Assembly: GCA_016840855.1 (NCBI GenBank)
Contig: JAEORO010000068.1
Location: 1 to 19,861 of the forward strand
From: Candidatus Thorarchaeota archaeon
Lineage (GTDB): Archaea > Asgardarchaeota > Thorarchaeia > Thorarchaeales > Thorarchaeaceae
DNA: 19,861 nucleotides
Direction of reading: 5' to 3'
Shown: one piece after another, positions 17,642-19,861 of the stretch
Numbering within the stretch: position 1 is the stretch's first letter
Layout of the letters: each line of letters opens with the position of its first letter
Position numbers and translations under genes: made by a program
Notes under the pieces: model-generated
Database searches by the model: none
The model's input: the letters and a program-made list of their open reading frames with translations, nothing else
What the model was told of the DNA's origin: nothing

Positions 17642-17830
17642 ATCCAAGATAGAGAGTAGGAAACCGGTATAATAAGGGAGCGTCTGACAGAGAACCACTT
17701 CTAGTAAGCCTCTTAGCGCTATTTAGAGCCTTATTTGAGAAACGCCTTCAAAAAAACAACTGAAATTGAATGCAAATCGTGAAAAATTGGACTTGCGACA
17801 CATTCATTACTAAACAATTGGCCATAATAC

Positions 17831-18940
17831 GTGGGTATTCTCTTGACAATACCGAAGCCACTTGGTCGCAGTGATCTACGTTTATTGAATCGACTAGCAA
17901 TAGCTCCCTCGATGAGGCAAGCAGCTCTTGCTCGTGAACTGGGTGTGACACGATCGGCTATAAACCAATTGTGGGCAAAACTAACAAACGAATATGGATT
18001 GACTATTCGTGGCAATCTTGACTATGGTCAAATTGGTCTCCGCTCTCTATTTGGTTGGGCACATGCGCCAGGAATGTCAGATGTTATAACGAAATTTTCA
18101 CGATGGCTTGAATCTAATAACTTGGTAACAAGAGTTACTAAATCGAGGATGTCTTCGAGTTTGGGAGAGATAGTGTATTTTGAAGCAATTACTCCAATCG
18201 ATAGCAGGTATTCTTGGTTTCAAAAACAGATTGATCGATTTAGAAAGAGACCCTATAGCCTTAGCATCGAGCTAGATGAAACTCAAAATATTTCGCATCA
18301 TCTGAACTTAGCTCTGTTCGATGGCAGCATGTGGTCATTCAGTGATGACTTTCGCCTTCTGGCAACTATTGATGCTGCTAAGGGATATGTTGATGTTCTA
18401 CCGTCTGTTGGTGCCGTAAAACAGAGTAATGGAACTACTCTTCTATTGGAAGATTTGATTGTGGCTTCTGCAATAGAGTCGAACTATTATACGACATCAA
18501 TTGAGGTATCCAAGAGATTTTCTAAGCTGGGTCTAAAGCCTCGCGCAGGAAGAACACTTCGTAGAAAGATTTCCAATTTACGAAAAAATCTTGCTCTCCC
18601 TTATGTTGACCTCCAAAATATCGGGCTTCCTCAGAAACTCATAGTTTGTGTCAAGACAGAATCCCTGGCATCTCCATTTTCTCGAGTGCTTCAAGTACAA
18701 TCGAGCACTTTTCCCAAAGCACGAGTCATATCTGGTCAATCACTAACAATACTTGACCTAGAAACTCCCAGAAAAGTTGATTGGTTAAATTTAACACAGA
18801 TTCTCACTAATCTTGCAGGTAACACTTCAGAGATATGCACATTTATAGCGGACCGTAACGAGGTTGAAAAACGACTTGAGAGTGTGGTGCCAGCAATAGC
18901 ATCACGCATGCCCTCTGGAGAACATGACCCTTGGCGTTGA
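17831..18940 (+). CDS. Lrp/AsnC-like regulator with tandem wHTH modules
   Basis: DLRLLNRL...QAALARELGVTRSAINQLWAKL...LDYGQIGL; second HTH-like segment RTLRRKISNL...VDLQNIGL. Confidence 0.8.
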   Translation: MGILLTIPKPLGRSDLRLLNRLAIAPSMRQAALARELGVTRSAINQLWAKLTNEYGLTIRGNLDYGQIGLRSLFGWAHAPGMSDVITKFSRWLESNNLVTRVTKSRMSSSLGEIVYFEAITPIDSRYSWFQKQIDRFRKRPYSLSIELDETQNISHHLNLALFDGSMWSFSDDFRLLATIDAAKGYVDVLPSVGAVKQSNGTTLLLEDLIVASAIESNYYTTSIEVSKRFSKLGLKPRAGRTLRRKISNLRKNLALPYVDLQNIGLPQKLIVCVKTESLASPFSRVLQVQSSTFPKARVISGQSLTILDLETPRKVDWLNLTQILTNLAGNTSEICTFIADRNEVEKRLESVVPAIASRMPSGEHDPWR

Positions 18941-18946
18941 AAGGAA

Positions 18947-19861
18947 TTGGATAACACTCGAATAGGAATAGATGAATTATCTCAAGATGCACCTTCACGC
19001 AAGATTATGCCTGTTGATATTGAAACGCCTTATGATGATCTATTCCCTGAGGTTGCTGAACCTGCTGTGTTATTCTATCTAGATGCGATGCGAATCTATC
19101 TTGGCATGTGTGCAGGCACAGTCACCATGGAGGAGGCTTTGAAAGCTGTTGAAAATTTAAAAGCTAATCCGGAATTTGTTGCTTATCCTACAAACCCAAC
19201 ACTAGTACCAATTAATGAAACTTTCAAGAATAAAATATTGGAGAACTTGAAGACACTAAGTAAGTTTAACCTATTGACAAAGGACTCTGTTAGGTCTGCA
19301 TATACCTTTGCCTTTCTCATGGAAGAAACTCCAATCACAAAAACTGATTTTGATGTTCTAAAGATTCTAGCAATCAATCCCACAATATCTTTAGTCAAAG
19401 GAGCCGAAGCATTACAGATGGCCCCCCGAACTGTTGCAAGAGCTTTGGAACGCCTCCGTGACCGACACTTTGTAAGATTCAGTGCTATACTCGATTATTC
19501 AGCTTTCAACATTCAGTCTGCTATGCTCTTTTTCACACTTAAAGAGGGCATTGATTGGGCTGAGGTGGAACAAGGATTTGCTGAATATAGGTTCACGAAG
19601 ACTCTTCTCAAGACCACAATGACTGAACTTGGATATGTAAGTTTCATGATCCCCAATCTGAAACGAAATCTGTCTGCCTTTCATGATTCAATAAGATCGG
19701 TATCAAAGACCTACTTTGACTATTCTAGTCTTCATTATCAGACAGGGTCCGGTGCAAGATTAAATCTCTCTCTTTTCGAAGATGGTCAGTGGACTCTAGC
19801 TAGAGTCATCGAGTCTCCCTTTGAAGAAGAGATGCAGGATATTGAGAAACTGCCAGTATTA
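18947..19861 (+). CDS. Second Lrp/AsnC-like wHTH regulator, partial (runs off the window; absent from the ORF track)
   Basis: Hand translation from TTG 18947 is open for 305 codons: DFDVLKILAINPTISLVKGAEALQMAPRTVARALERL...LDYSAFNI...NLSLFEDGQW, paralogous to the upstream gene (NLALFDGSMW). Confidence 0.8.
   Translation, partial: MDNTRIGIDELSQDAPSRKIMPVDIETPYDDLFPEVAEPAVLFYLDAMRIYLGMCAGTVTMEEALKAVENLKANPEFVAYPTNPTLVPINETFKNKILENLKTLSKFNLLTKDSVRSAYTFAFLMEETPITKTDFDVLKILAINPTISLVKGAEALQMAPRTVARALERLRDRHFVRFSAILDYSAFNIQSAMLFFTLKEGIDWAEVEQGFAEYRFTKTLLKTTMTELGYVSFMIPNLKRNLSAFHDSIRSVSKTYFDYSSLHYQTGSGARLNLSLFEDGQWTLARVIESPFEEEMQDIEKLPVL

Noticed and set aside
17128-17647. MITE bounded by TTGGATTCAC/GTGAATCCAA
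   Set aside because: No target-site duplication or transposase; the internal G-U-biased nested helices fit RNA structure better

Overview
Archaeal chromosomal window, most likely Asgard (Thorarchaeia-like). This is inferred from TATA-type promoters, a TFB-like gene, GGTGA/GGAGG ribosome-binding motifs, tandem Lrp-like regulators and Thr-rich membrane-anchored secreted proteins; no marker gene proves it. Recognisable genes: Ntn-hydrolase peptidase, MarR with a PNPOx-like partner, stand-alone TFB cyclin repeat, bacterial-type transketolase, GNAT, superoxide reductase, threonine-synthase-like/wHTH fusion, ECF S-component, ferritin-like protein, SerRS, endonuclease III, MFS transporter and two paralogous Lrp/AsnC-like proteins (the second truncated by the window end). 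Three signals stand out. (1) A roughly 430-650 nt minus-strand region at about 17025-17675 folds by hand into a nested multi-helix RNA with strand-specific G-U pairs and matches no RNA family I can recognise. (2) Two unannotated tandem paralogous micropeptide ORFs share an STDALxHxYxYR motif. (3) The threonine-synthase fold lacks its PLP lysine, is fused to a PadR-like HTH and lies head-to-head with an ECF vitamin transporter.
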